Virus record (IMG/VR): IMGVR_UViG_648276648_000002 | Reading direction: 5' to 3' (one strand) | DNA length: 30,298 nt | Source of the DNA: a virus | Lineage: Duplodnaviria > Heunggongvirae > Uroviricota > Caudoviricetes | In this document: positions 6,587 to 15,506 of the stretch, piece after piece | How positions within the stretch are numbered: the first letter of the stretch is position 1 | Layout: each line of letters starts with the position of its first letter | Position numbers and translations under genes: made by a program | Notes under the pieces: generated by a model | What the model was told of the DNA's origin: nothing | The model's database searches: none | Seen by the model: the letters and a program-made list of their open reading frames with translations, nothing else

Positions 6587-7517
6587 ATTAACCGGCTATG
6601 TATGGGATGGTTGCGCAGCGTCAGGCATGAAATTATCCAGCGTGGCAATTATGGCCCGCCTGGCTGATTTCAGTAATGACGAAGGTGTGTGCTGGCCATC
6701 GATTGAAACCATTGCCCGCCAGATTGGCGCGGGGATGAGTACCGTCAGAACGGCTATCGCACGGCTGGAAGCAGAAGGCTGGTTAACGCGTAAGGCGCGT
6801 CGCCAGGGTAACCGCAATGCGTCGAATGTTTATCAGCTTAACGTTGCGAAGCTTCAGGCAGCGGCATTTTCTCAACTGTCAGATTCTGACCCGTCAAAAT
6901 CTGACGCATCAAAATCTGACCCGTCAAAATTTGATGCGTCGAAATCTGGCAAAAAAGCGGGTTTTCACCCGTCAGAATCTGGCGGGGATCCGTCAGTAAA
7001 ATCAAAACATGATCCGTCAGATAAAAAACCTTCTCGTCCGGACTCTTCGCAACCGGACACGCAGACGGCTGAACAGGATTTTTTAACTCGCCATCCTGAT
7101 GCGGTTGTATTCAGCCCTAAAAAACGCCAGTGGGGGACGCAGGATGATTTGACCTGCGCACAGTGGCTCTGGAAAAAAATCATCGCCCTGTACGAGCAGG
7201 CTGCCGAATGTGACGGCGAGGTGGTTCGTCCCAAAGAACCGAACTGGACAGCCTGGGCAAACGAAATTCGCCTGATGTGTGTGCAGGATGGTCGTACTCA
7301 CAAACAAATCTGCGAGATTTACAGCCGCGTCAGCCGCGATCCGTTCTGGTGCCGTAACGTGCTCAGCCCGTCGAAGCTGCGGGAAAAATGGGATGAGCTT
7401 TCCCTGCGCTTATCGCCGTCCGTCAGCACGTACACAGAAAAACGCGAAGACCCGTACTTCAAAGCCAGTTACGACAATGTGGACTACAGCCAGATCCCGG
7501 CAGGATTCAGGGGGTGA
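6576..7517 (+). CDS. Replication initiator (lambda O-like, HTH N-domain) with internal iteron origin
   Basis: 313 aa; GAGG ribosome-binding site; N-terminal winged-HTH-like region; central repetitive SDSDPSKSDASKSDPSKFDASKS segment encoded by the iterons. Confidence 0.8.
   Translation: MSTKLTGYVWDGCAASGMKLSSVAIMARLADFSNDEGVCWPSIETIARQIGAGMSTVRTAIARLEAEGWLTRKARRQGNRNASNVYQLNVAKLQAAAFSQLSDSDPSKSDASKSDPSKFDASKSGKKAGFHPSESGGDPSVKSKHDPSDKKPSRPDSSQPDTQTAEQDFLTRHPDAVVFSPKKRQWGTQDDLTCAQWLWKKIIALYEQAAECDGEVVRPKEPNWTAWANEIRLMCVQDGRTHKQICEIYSRVSRDPFWCRNVLSPSKLREKWDELSLRLSPSVSTYTEKREDPYFKASYDNVDYSQIPAGFRG
6876..7025. repeat. Iteron array / candidate phage origin inside the initiator gene
   Basis: Repeated CCGTCAAAATCTGAC / GCATCAAAATCTGAC / CCGTCAGAATCTGG-type units, analogous to lambda ori within O. 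Confidence 0.65.
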
Positions 7518-8008
7518 GCATGAGTCTTTTGAATGACGTTCAGAAATTCATTGAAGCCCATCCGGGCTGTACTTCCGGAGACATTGCGGATGCTTTTGCA
7601 GGTTACTCACGGCAGCGCGTTCTGCAGTCAGCAAGCAAGTTACGTCAGAGTGGGCGTGTGGCTCACCGTTGTGAAGGAGATACACACAGACATTTCCCGC
7701 GCCTGACTGAGAGAGCGCAGGATCCGGAACCACAACCAGTTCGTGAAACCAGACCTGTGCGCAATTTCTATGTCGGCACTAACGACCCGCGGGTGATTTT
7801 GTGCCTGACCCGCCAGGCGGAAGAACTGGAGTCCAGGGGCTTATACCGTCGTGCTGCAACGGTGTGGATGGCGGCATTCCGTGAAAGCCACTCCCTGCCA
7901 GAACGAAACAATTTTCTGGCGCGTCGTGAACGGTGTTTACGGAAAAGCAGTAAGCGGGCTGCATCAGGTGAAGAGTGGTATCTCTCAGGGAATTACGTGG
8001 GGGCTTAA
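7514..8008 (+). CDS. PerC-family-like transcriptional regulator with N-terminal winged-helix-like region
   Basis: 164 aa; C-terminal segment LCLTRQAEELESRGLYRRAATVWMAAFRES...RNNFLARRERC resembles the recalled PerC/Pch family. Confidence 0.6.
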   Translation: MSMSLLNDVQKFIEAHPGCTSGDIADAFAGYSRQRVLQSASKLRQSGRVAHRCEGDTHRHFPRLTERAQDPEPQPVRETRPVRNFYVGTNDPRVILCLTRQAEELESRGLYRRAATVWMAAFRESHSLPERNNFLARRERCLRKSSKRAASGEEWYLSGNYVGA

Positions 8009-8661
8009 TGAGTAATAAATATTGCCAGGCGCTGGTGGAACTGCGGAACAAACCAGCCCATGAACTGAAGGAAGTGGGCGATCAGTGGCGCACGCCGGAC
8101 AACATTTTCTGGGGAATTAACACCCTGTTTGGCCCGTTTGTTCTGGATCTGTTCACTGACGGTGATAACGCCAAATGTGCTGCGTATTACACGGCGGAAG
8201 ACAACGCGCTGGCGCATGACTGGTCAGAACGCCTTGCGGAGCTTAAAGGTGCTGCCTTTGGTAATCCCCCATACAGCCGCGCCAGTCAGCATGAGGGGCA
8301 ATACATCACCGGCATGCGTTACATCATGAAGCATGCCAGTGCCATGCGTGATAAAGGCGGGCGCTATGTTTTCCTGATCAAAGCTGCCACCAGCGAAGTG
8401 TGGTGGCCGGAAGATGTAGATCATATTGCTTTTATTCGCGGGCGTATTGGTTTTGAACTGCCTGCCTGGTTTATCCCGAAGGATGAGAAGCAGGTGCCGA
8501 CAGGCGCTTTCTTCGCTGGTGCTATTGCTGTTTTCGACAAGACCTGGAAGGGACCGGCAATCAGCTACATCGGGCGCGATGAACTTGAGGCATGTGGTGA
8601 GGCCTTTCTGGCGCAGGTTCGCCAGCAGGCAGAAAAACTGGTCAGGGAGATGGCGGCATGA
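8008..8661 (+). CDS. Phage DNA N6-adenine methyltransferase (Dam-like)
   Basis: NPPY motif (FGNPPYS); ATG overlaps the upstream stop (TAATG) within ORF 7975-8661. Confidence 0.85.
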   Translation: MSNKYCQALVELRNKPAHELKEVGDQWRTPDNIFWGINTLFGPFVLDLFTDGDNAKCAAYYTAEDNALAHDWSERLAELKGAAFGNPPYSRASQHEGQYITGMRYIMKHASAMRDKGGRYVFLIKAATSEVWWPEDVDHIAFIRGRIGFELPAWFIPKDEKQVPTGAFFAGAIAVFDKTWKGPAISYIGRDELEACGEAFLAQVRQQAEKLVREMAA

Positions 8662-8984
8662 CGACGTTAACTCAATGCCAGCAGCAGGTGCTGGATATGC
8701 TGATTTCTTATCAGAAAGAACGTGGTTTCCCGCCAACCAATCAGGAGGTGGCAGCCATGCTGGGATACCGTTCGGTGAATGCAGCGCTGGAGCATCTTCG
8801 CGCACTGGAGAAAAAAGGCGTCATCACGATAAAGCGTGGCGTGGCCCGGGGTATCACGCTTCATACCACAGTGAAGGACGACGACAGCGAGGCAGCCGGG
8901 ATTATCCGCGCACTGCTTGCCGGTGAGGAAAACGCCAGGCTGCGTGCAACTCACTGGTTACATGAGAGGGGCCTGAAAGTATGA
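8658..8984 (+). CDS. LexA-N-terminal-like DNA-binding protein (108 aa)
   Basis: ORF 8658-8984; winged-helix-like segment QEVAAMLGYRSVNAALEHLRALEKKGVI; ATGA coupling upstream. Confidence 0.6.
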   Translation: MTTLTQCQQQVLDMLISYQKERGFPPTNQEVAAMLGYRSVNAALEHLRALEKKGVITIKRGVARGITLHTTVKDDDSEAAGIIRALLAGEENARLRATHWLHERGLKV

Positions 8985-9370
8985 AGCTTATCCTGCCTTT
9001 CCCGCCCAGCGTGAACACTTACTGGCGACACCCTAACAAAGGGGCGTTTGCAGGTAAGAGCCTGATAAGCGCGGCGGGGCGAAAATTCCAGAGCGCGGCG
9101 TGCGCAGCAATAGTTGAGCAGTTACGTCGTCTGCCGAAACCAACGTCGGCACCTGCTTCAGTGGAGATCGTGTTGTTTCCTCCGGATAACAGGATCCGCG
9201 ATCTGGACAACTATAACAAGGCGCTGTTTGACGCCCTGACCCACGCGGGGGTGTGGGAAGACGACAGTCAGGTGAAAAGAATGCTGGTGGAGTGGGGACC
9301 GGTTATCCCGGAAGGGAAGGTCGAGATCACTATCAGTAAGTACGAGAAAACGGCGGGTGCAGCTGCCTGA
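8981..9370 (+). CDS. rusA: Holliday-junction resolvase RusA
   Basis: 129 aa; RDLDNYNKALFDALTHAGVWEDDSQV matches the RusA catalytic region from memory. Confidence 0.9.
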   Translation: MKLILPFPPSVNTYWRHPNKGAFAGKSLISAAGRKFQSAACAAIVEQLRRLPKPTSAPASVEIVLFPPDNRIRDLDNYNKALFDALTHAGVWEDDSQVKRMLVEWGPVIPEGKVEITISKYEKTAGAAA

Positions 9371-9389
9371 TTAAGAGGAGAAACGAAGT

Positions 9390-10199
9390 ATGAATAATCT
9401 GATGGTCATTGATGGTATTGAAGTTCGTCGTGATGCTTATGGGCGTTACAGCCTGAACGATCTGCATCGCGCAGCAGTAGCATCTGGTGCAAATGCCAGA
9501 ACCAAGGAGCCAGGAAAGTTTCTTTCCAGCCAACAAACTGTTGAGCTTGTTCATGAATTAACCAACACCCAGAATTTGGGTGTTGACCCGGTGAGCGTGA
9601 TTCATGGGGGAAATGAACGGGGAACGTATGTCTGTAAGGAACTGGTGTATGCCTATGCAATGTGGATCAGCCCGTCATTCCATCTGAAGGTGATCCGTAC
9701 TTTCGATATGGTAACCAGCGCGCCGGAAAAGTTATCCGGACAGGCTGCTGACAAGATGCAGGCTGGCGTGATTCTGCTGGACTTTATGCGCCGGGAGTTA
9801 AATCTGTCTAACTCATCTGTGCTTGGGGCCTGTCAGAAACTCCAGGAGGCTGTTGGCTTACCGAATCTGGCACCGCGCTATGCCATTGATGCACCTGCTG
9901 ACGCGCCTGATGGCTCAAGCCGCCCGACGCTGTCGCTGAGTGCACTGCTGAAGCAGTATGGTATCCGCCTGACGGCTAATCAGGCATATCACCAGATGGC
10001 GAAGCTGGGGATCGTTGAACAACGCGAACGATACAGCCGTACCGCGATTAACAACATCAAAAAATTCTGGTCGCTGACAGCGAAAGGCTGCATGTTCGGC
10101 AAGAACATCACCAGTCCCGCAAATCCGCGCGAGACGCAGCCGCATTTCTTCGAATCCCGATTCCCTGAGCTGTTAAAGCTGCTCGATACCGTTCATTGA
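9390..10199 (+). CDS. KilA-N domain protein (antirepressor-like)
   Basis: 269 aa; N-terminal VIDGIEVRRDAYGRYSLNDLHRAA... is KilA-N-like; GAGGAG ribosome-binding site. Confidence 0.75.
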   Translation: MNNLMVIDGIEVRRDAYGRYSLNDLHRAAVASGANARTKEPGKFLSSQQTVELVHELTNTQNLGVDPVSVIHGGNERGTYVCKELVYAYAMWISPSFHLKVIRTFDMVTSAPEKLSGQAADKMQAGVILLDFMRRELNLSNSSVLGACQKLQEAVGLPNLAPRYAIDAPADAPDGSSRPTLSLSALLKQYGIRLTANQAYHQMAKLGIVEQRERYSRTAINNIKKFWSLTAKGCMFGKNITSPANPRETQPHFFESRFPELLKLLDTVH

Positions 10200-10200
10200 G

Positions 10201-11196
10201 GTGACCGTGAGAGCACTACTGACCCCTGAAATTGCCCCGCGTATGGGGATCGTATTGTTCAGGCCAGGTTCAGAGCTGATGCCCCTGTTTATGCAGGGGC
10301 GTGTCCTGCTGGAGCCTGAGCCGGAACGTTATTCATCTTTTGCCAGTGGTGCCGTTCCGGCTGCATCACAACCGCTGGCGGATGATCCTGCCGTTCGGGC
10401 CGTGTTCCGCAATGAGGCAGTGATCCGTCGTGCTGGTGGCGTGGAATGTCTTGAAAGCTGGTTACTTCGTGAAAAAGGCTGCCAGTGGCCTCATTCCGAC
10501 TGGCACAGCGAGAACATGACCACAATGCGACACGCGCCGGGCGCAATCCGTCTGTGCTGGCACTGCGATAACCAACTGCGCGATCAGTTCACGGAACGGC
10601 TGGAATCAATGGCAACGGATAACTGTGCCCGCTGGGTGTTGTCTGTTGTGCGTCGGGATCTCGGTTTTGATGACAGTCACGTTGTGACAATGCCGGAACT
10701 GTGCTGGTGGCTGATTCGTAATGATCTGGCGGATGCCTTACCGGAAAGTGCAGCCCGTAAGGCACTGAGATTACCGAAGCCTGTTGTGCCGTCTGTCACC
10801 CGGGAAAGTGACCTGGTGCCTTCGGTTCCTGCCACCAGCATCATCCAGGATAAAGCGAAAAAGGTGTTGGCGCTGAAAGTGGATCCGGAGTCGCCGGACT
10901 CTTTTATGTTACGCCCAAAACGTCGCCGCTGGGTTAATGAAAAGTACACGCGATGGGTTAAGACGCAGCCGTGCGCATGTTGTGGAAAACCTGCTGATGA
11001 TCCCCACCACCTGATAGGCCACGGTCAGGGTGGAATGGGGACAAAAGCGCATGACCTCTTTGTGTTGCCTTTGTGCAGAAAGCATCACGACGAGCTGCAT
11101 GCGGATAATGTGGCATTCGAAGAGAAGTATGGCTCCCAGCTGGAGCTGATATTTCGTTTTATCGATCGTGCGCTGGCGATTGGTGTGCTGGCCTGA
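10201..11196 (+). CDS. DUF968 (YdfU-like) protein with C-terminal Cys/His HNH-like motif
   Basis: 331 aa; C-terminal [43 protein letters not shown]. Confidence 0.7.
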   Translation: MTVRALLTPEIAPRMGIVLFRPGSELMPLFMQGRVLLEPEPERYSSFASGAVPAASQPLADDPAVRAVFRNEAVIRRAGGVECLESWLLREKGCQWPHSDWHSENMTTMRHAPGAIRLCWHCDNQLRDQFTERLESMATDNCARWVLSVVRRDLGFDDSHVVTMPELCWWLIRNDLADALPESAARKALRLPKPVVPSVTRESDLVPSVPATSIIQDKAKKVLALKVDPESPDSFMLRPKRRRWVNEKYTRWVKTQPCACCGKPADDPHHLIGHGQGGMGTKAHDLFVLPLCRKHHDELHADNVAFEEKYGSQLELIFRFIDRALAIGVLA

Positions 11197-11213
11197 TTTT
11201 GTGGAGAAAGTTG

Positions 11214-11597
11214 ATGCGTGATATTCAGATGGTTCTTGAGCGTTGGGGAGCGTGGGCGGCTAATAATCATGAAGATGTGACCTGGTCGTCCATTGCCGCC
11301 GGTTTTAAGGGATTAATTCCTTCAAAAGTAAAATCTCGCCCGCAATGTTGTGACGATGACGCTATGATCATTTGCGGGTGCATGGCCCGTCTGAAAAAGA
11401 ACAACAGCGATTTGCACGATTTATTAGTAGATTATTATGTAGTCGGTATGACATTCATGTCACTGGCAGGTAAGCATCGCTGCTCTGATGGTTATATCGG
11501 GAAAAGGTTACAGAAGGCTGAGGGCATAATTGAAGGGATGTTAATGGCATTAGATATCCGGTTAGAGATGGATATCGTTGTTAATAACTCTAATTAA
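11214..11597 (+). CDS. Q: Late antiterminator Q (phage 82/21-type)
   Basis: ATG at 11214 preceded by GGAGA within ORF 11199-11597; position immediately before the late/lysis region. Confidence 0.75.
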   Translation: MRDIQMVLERWGAWAANNHEDVTWSSIAAGFKGLIPSKVKSRPQCCDDDAMIICGCMARLKKNNSDLHDLLVDYYVVGMTFMSLAGKHRCSDGYIGKRLQKAEGIIEGMLMALDIRLEMDIVVNNSN

Positions 11598-11613
11598 TAT
11601 GCCAATTGTTTAC

Positions 11614-11650
11614 TAAAAATTATTAAAAATGGGGCGTTGAGACGCCCCCA
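11614..11650 (-). terminator. Rho-independent terminator for the porin gene (minus strand)
   Basis: Minus-strand RNA: GGGGGCGUCUCAACGCCCC hairpin followed by AUUUUUAAUAAUUUUU. Confidence 0.7.
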
Positions 11651-11786
11651 AAAATAAAGGGTAATATATAACAGAAGGTTTATATAGTTAGAAGCAAGGT
11701 TGTGCTTCTAAAGGAAGTGGCTTGAGGGAGCCACTTATATGTTGGGGAGGCAACGCCTCCCGCAACATATCTTTTTCGTAATCAGA

Positions 11787-12884
11787 TTAGAACTGGTAAA
11801 CCAGACCTACAGCAACGATGTCATCAGTGCTTACACCGAGTGCTTTAGTGAAGTCATTTTTGTCAAGCAGGTTGATTTTGTAATCAACGAAAGTAGACAT
11901 ATTTTTGTTAAAGTAATAGGTTGCACCTACATCAACATATTTGACTAAGTCCTGATCGCCCCATACTCCAAGATCCTTACCTTTAGATTGCAGGTAAGCA
12001 ACGGACGGACGCAGACCGAAATCGAACTGATATTGTGCAACAGCTTCGAAGTTTTGGGCTTTATTAGCAACGAAGTGATCAGCAAATACAGTCATATTCT
12101 GGGTTTCAGAATAGGTAGTGGCCAGGTAAATGTTGTTAGCGTCATATTTCAGACCTGCGGCCCAAACTTCTGCATTTTTACCGGAAGCAAATACTTCAGG
12201 AAGAACTTTCCCTGCATTAACTTGAGTGTCGGTACGATCAGATTTCGCATAAGTTGCACCGATACCGAATCCTTCGTATTCATAGGTAGCAGAGAAACCG
12301 AAGCCATCACCGTTACCTTCAGTGTAGTTATCGAAATCGCTACGATCGTTTTTGCCTTGGTACTGAGCAGCAAAGTTCAGACCATCAACCAGACCAAAGA
12401 AGTCGTTGTTACGATAGGTTGCAACACCAGTTGCACGTTGAGTCATGAACACGTCGGTTTGAGTCCAAGTGTCACCACCGAATTCTGGCAGGACGTCAGT
12501 CCACGCACCGATGTCGTATGCTACACCGTAGTTACGGCCGTAATCGATGGAGCCGTAGTCACCGAATTTCAGGCCAGCGAAGGCAAGACGGGTTTTATCT
12601 TTGGAGGAACCTTGAGATTCAGCGCGGTTGCCTTTGAATTCATATTCCCACTGACCGAAACCAGTCAGTTGATCGTTGATTTGGGTTTCACCTTTGAAGC
12701 CAAGACGGGCATAAGTAGTATCACCATCATCTGCATCATTAGAGGAGAAGTAGTGCTTAGCATTAACTTTCCCGTACAGATCCAGCTTGTTACTGTCTTT
12801 ATTATAAATTTCAGCTGCCTGAGCAGACATCGCCATCAGTACTGATGCAGCTACAGCAGAAATTGCCACTGTTAATTTTTTCAT
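11787..12884 (-). CDS. nmpC: Outer-membrane general porin, OmpC/OmpF family (phage Lc/NmpC-type lysogenic-conversion porin); intact
   Basis: Signal peptide [23 protein letters not shown], then [16 protein letters not shown]..., ending in the C-terminal Phe typical of porins; start taken at the internal Met of ORF 11787-12944. Confidence 0.9.
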   Translation of the reverse strand: MKKLTVAISAVAASVLMAMSAQAAEIYNKDSNKLDLYGKVNAKHYFSSNDADDGDTTYARLGFKGETQINDQLTGFGQWEYEFKGNRAESQGSSKDKTRLAFAGLKFGDYGSIDYGRNYGVAYDIGAWTDVLPEFGGDTWTQTDVFMTQRATGVATYRNNDFFGLVDGLNFAAQYQGKNDRSDFDNYTEGNGDGFGFSATYEYEGFGIGATYAKSDRTDTQVNAGKVLPEVFASGKNAEVWAAGLKYDANNIYLATTYSETQNMTVFADHFVANKAQNFEAVAQYQFDFGLRPSVAYLQSKGKDLGVWGDQDLVKYVDVGATYYFNKNMSTFVDYKINLLDKNDFTKALGVSTDDIVAVGLVYQF

Positions 12885-13253
12885 CGTGAGCCCTTTTTTT
12901 GAACTATTATTAAAAAATGATGTCACTGCGCGATAAATATTCATCTAATCAATGTGATTATTTCAAGATGTAAGTTTTGGTTTCTCGTTTGATTTGTGAA
13001 GTAGATCTCTATTTTTATCTGAACTTTTTTCTATCGAATCCTATTCATGGCTCTTGGCTGAATAAAAATAAATCTATTAGCCAATTTATATTAACGGCTG
13101 TTATTTATAAGCGCTCTATAATTTGAAGGTTCAATTTAAACCAGCTAAAAATAACACTGGAAATTATTTGTTGGTTATTTGTTGAGATTTGCTTATGTAT
13201 TTGTAGTGGTGTTTTCAATACTCGGTAGCATTCTCGCAAATATCATTTAGTGG

Positions 13254-13281
13254 TTTACGTACGTAAAAAATTGGTTATGCT
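13254..13281 (+). promoter_or_regulatory. Candidate late promoter (PR'-like) upstream of the lysis genes
   Basis: TTTACG - 16 bp - TATGCT; followed about 30 nt later by a terminator hairpin, as in lambdoid PR'-tR' arrangements. Confidence 0.3.
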
Positions 13282-13311
13282 GTTAAGAGTGGTTACTTCG
13301 TCACACAGCTT

Positions 13312-13336
13312 AAACCCGCCGTCGAGCGGGTTTTTC
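13312..13336 (+). terminator. Rho-independent terminator (tR'-like) between the candidate late promoter and the holin gene
   Basis: ACCCGC-CGTCGA-GCGGGT hairpin followed by TTTT, about 120 nt before the holin ATG. Confidence 0.6.
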
Positions 13337-13456
13337 CATTTTTTGAGTCTCGATATTAGCTGATAATCCAATACCTGAGTTATTCACTGACTCCGAGTCT
13401 GTTACGTTTCGTAGTATTCCCTCAATTTACACCCGCTTTGTCTGCGAGGTGGGGTT

Positions 13457-13672
13457 ATGAAATCCATGGATAAGTTAACAACGGGTGTCGCCTATGGCAC
13501 CTCAGCAGGTAGTGCCGGGTACTGGTTTTTACAGCTGCTAGATAAAGTCACGCCCTCACAGTGGGCGGCAATTGGAGTGCTGGGTAGCCTGGTATTTGGC
13601 CTGCTGACGTACCTGACAAACCTTTATTTCAAGATTAAAGAAGATAAGCGTAAGGCTGCGAGAGGTGAATAA
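13457..13672 (+). CDS. S: Holin (phage 21 S21-type pinholin)
   Basis: 71 aa, [55 protein letters not shown]... Confidence 0.9.
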
Positions 13673-14169
13673 TGTCGCCATCATTACGCAAGGCTGTAGC
13701 AGCTGCTATTGGTGGTGGGGCTGTTGCCATAGCGTCTGTGCTCATCACTGGTCCGAGTGGTGACGATGGTCTGGAAGGTGTCAGCTACATACCATATAAA
13801 GATATCGTTGGCGTATGGACTGTATGTCACGGGCATACAGGAAAAGACATCATTCCCGGTAAAACGTATACCGAAGCAGAATGCAAAGCCCTCCTGAATA
13901 AAGACCTTGCCACTGTCGCCAGACAAATTAACCCGTACATCAAAGTCGATATACCGGAAACAACGCGCGGCGCTCTTTACTCGTTCGTCTACAACGTGGG
14001 TGCTGGCAATTTCAGAATATCGACGCTTCTTCGCAAAATAAACCAGGGTGATATCAAAGGCGCATGTGATCAGCTACGTCGCTGGACATATGCTGGCGGT
14101 AAGCAATGGAAAGGTCTCATGACTCGTCGTGAGATTGAGCGTGAAATCTGTTTGTGGGGTCAGCAATGA
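13672..14169 (+). CDS. R: SAR endolysin (phage 21 R-type lysozyme)
   Basis: 165 aa; N-terminal signal-anchor-release helix ([18 protein letters not shown]); start overlaps the holin stop (TAATG). Confidence 0.9.
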   Translation: MSPSLRKAVAAAIGGGAVAIASVLITGPSGDDGLEGVSYIPYKDIVGVWTVCHGHTGKDIIPGKTYTEAECKALLNKDLATVARQINPYIKVDIPETTRGALYSFVYNVGAGNFRISTLLRKINQGDIKGACDQLRRWTYAGGKQWKGLMTRREIEREICLWGQQ

Positions 14170-14627
14170 ACAGAGTAACCGCGATTATCTCCGCTCTGGT
14201 TATCTGCATCATCGTCTGCCTGTCATGGGCTGTTAATCATTACCGTGATAACGCCATTACCTACAAAGCCCAGCGCGACAAAAATGCCAGAGAACTGAAG
14301 CTGGCGAACGCGGCAATTACTGACATGCAGATGCGCCAGCGTGATGTTGCTGCACTGGATGAAAAATACACGAAGGAGTTAGCTAATGCGAAAGCTGAAA
14401 ATGATGCTCTGCGTGATGATGTTGCCGCTGGTCGTCGTCGGTTGCACATCAAAGCAGTCTGTCAGTCAGTGCGTGAAGCCACCACCGCCTCCGGCGTGGA
14501 TAATGCAGCCTCCCCCCGACTGGCAGACACCGCTGAACGGGATTATTTCACCCTCAGAGAGAGGCTGATCACTATGCAAAAACAACTGGAAGGAACCCAG
14601 AAGTATATTAATGAGCAGTGCAGATAG
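14166..14627 (+). CDS. Rz: Spanin, inner-membrane subunit Rz
   Basis: Internal ATG of ORF 14154-14627; N-terminal transmembrane helix followed by coiled-coil. Confidence 0.9.
   Translation: MNRVTAIISALVICIIVCLSWAVNHYRDNAITYKAQRDKNARELKLANAAITDMQMRQRDVAALDEKYTKELANAKAENDALRDDVAAGRRRLHIKAVCQSVREATTASGVDNAASPRLADTAERDYFTLRERLITMQKQLEGTQKYINEQCR
14386..14568 (+). CDS. Rz1: Spanin, outer-membrane lipoprotein Rz1, embedded in Rz in the +1 frame
   Basis: Lipobox LVVVGC, Pro-rich [15 protein letters not shown]; entirely inside Rz. Confidence 0.85.
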   Translation: MRKLKMMLCVMMLPLVVVGCTSKQSVSQCVKPPPPPAWIMQPPPDWQTPLNGIISPSERG

Positions 14628-14658
14628 AGCTGCCCATATCGATGGGCAACTCATGCAA

Positions 14659-14952
14659 TTATTGTGAGCAATACACACGCGCTTCCAGCGGAGTATAAAT
14701 GCCTAAAGTAATAAAACCGAGCAATCCATTTACGAATGTTTGCTGGGTTTCTGTTTTAACAACATTTTCTGCGCCGCCACAAATTTTGGCTGCATCAACA
14801 GTTTTCTCCTGTCCAATTCCCGAAACGAAGAAGTGATGGGTGATGGTTTCCTTTGGTGTTACTGCTGTCGGTTTGTTTCCAACAGTAAACGTCTGTTGAG
14901 CACATCCTGTAATAAGCATTGCCAGAGCGGCAGAAAACAACATTTTTTTCAT
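14659..14952 (-). CDS. bor: Bor lipoprotein (serum-resistance protein)
   Basis: MKKMLFSAALAMLITGCAQQTFTV... with lipobox; start at the internal Met of ORF 14659-15000. Confidence 0.9.
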   Translation of the reverse strand: MKKMLFSAALAMLITGCAQQTFTVGNKPTAVTPKETITHHFFVSGIGQEKTVDAAKICGGAENVVKTETQQTFVNGLLGFITLGIYTPLEARVYCSQ

Positions 14953-15311
14953 CTTATTATCCTGCATTGTTAAAAACGGCAGAATCCTATGTGACAACAA
15001 TTAAACGATAGTTAAATGGATTGATGAAAATTAAAACTATATAGGTGGATGCTCAGCCTATTGGAGGAGGGGGGCACTCAGAATCCTGTGGAATGAAATA
15101 AACCGCTCTTTCTGTCCATTACCCTTTTAGCTGCGCTGTATCGTCGCCGTATTCCCGCATTAACCATGACCGTAGCCCGACGGGGAATTCCTTCTGCGTG
15201 AGTGTGCGGGAATAATCAAAAACGATGCACACCGGGTTTTACTGTGCTGACAGACGCAGGGTTACCCTCATAGTCGCTTTTCCGGTGCGATGGTGGAAGA
15301 AACCGGGATGT

Positions 15312-15506
15312 TTATTCATCATCACTTTGGATTGATGTACATGCTCTCTTTTCTGACGTTAGTCTCCGACGGCAGGCTTCAATGACCCAGGCTGAGAAAT
15401 TCCCAGACCCTTTTTGCTCAAGAGCGATGTTAATTTGTTCAATCATTTGGTTAGGAAAGCGGATGTTGCGGGTTGTTGTTCTGCGGGTTCTGTTCTTAGT
15501 TGACAT
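15312..15506 (-). CDS. YlcI-like small protein (64 aa); ribbon-helix-helix-like
   Basis: MSTKNRTRRTTTRNIRFPNQMIEQINIALEQKGSGNFSAWVIEACRRRL; position next to cos/terminase as for recalled DLP12 ylcI. Confidence 0.7.
   Translation of the reverse strand: MSTKNRTRRTTTRNIRFPNQMIEQINIALEQKGSGNFSAWVIEACRRRLTSEKRACTSIQSDDE

Noticed and set aside
6817-6999. 60-aa ORF with repetitive TRQNL units inside the initiator gene
   Set aside because: Alternative-frame reading of the iteron repeats; the repetitiveness comes from the DNA repeats, not a separate gene.
8224-8805. 193-aa minus-strand ORF overlapping the Dam-like methyltransferase and LexA-DBD-like genes
   Set aside because: Antisense to two coupled, motif-bearing plus-strand genes; no start signals; composition not protein-like.
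11650-11786. Additional hairpins between Q and the porin, considered as qut/tR' of the late operon
   Set aside because: Convergent 3' ends meet here; the strongest hairpin is oriented as a minus-strand terminator for the porin, and no promoter-like element precedes the others. The late promoter call was placed at 13254 instead, with low confidence.
11988-12845. 285-aa ORF on the plus strand, antisense to the porin gene
   Set aside because: Lies entirely inside the well-supported porin CDS on the opposite strand; low-complexity, Ile/Val/Thr/Phe-rich translation typical of an antisense frame of a biased gene; no ribosome-binding site or partner signals.
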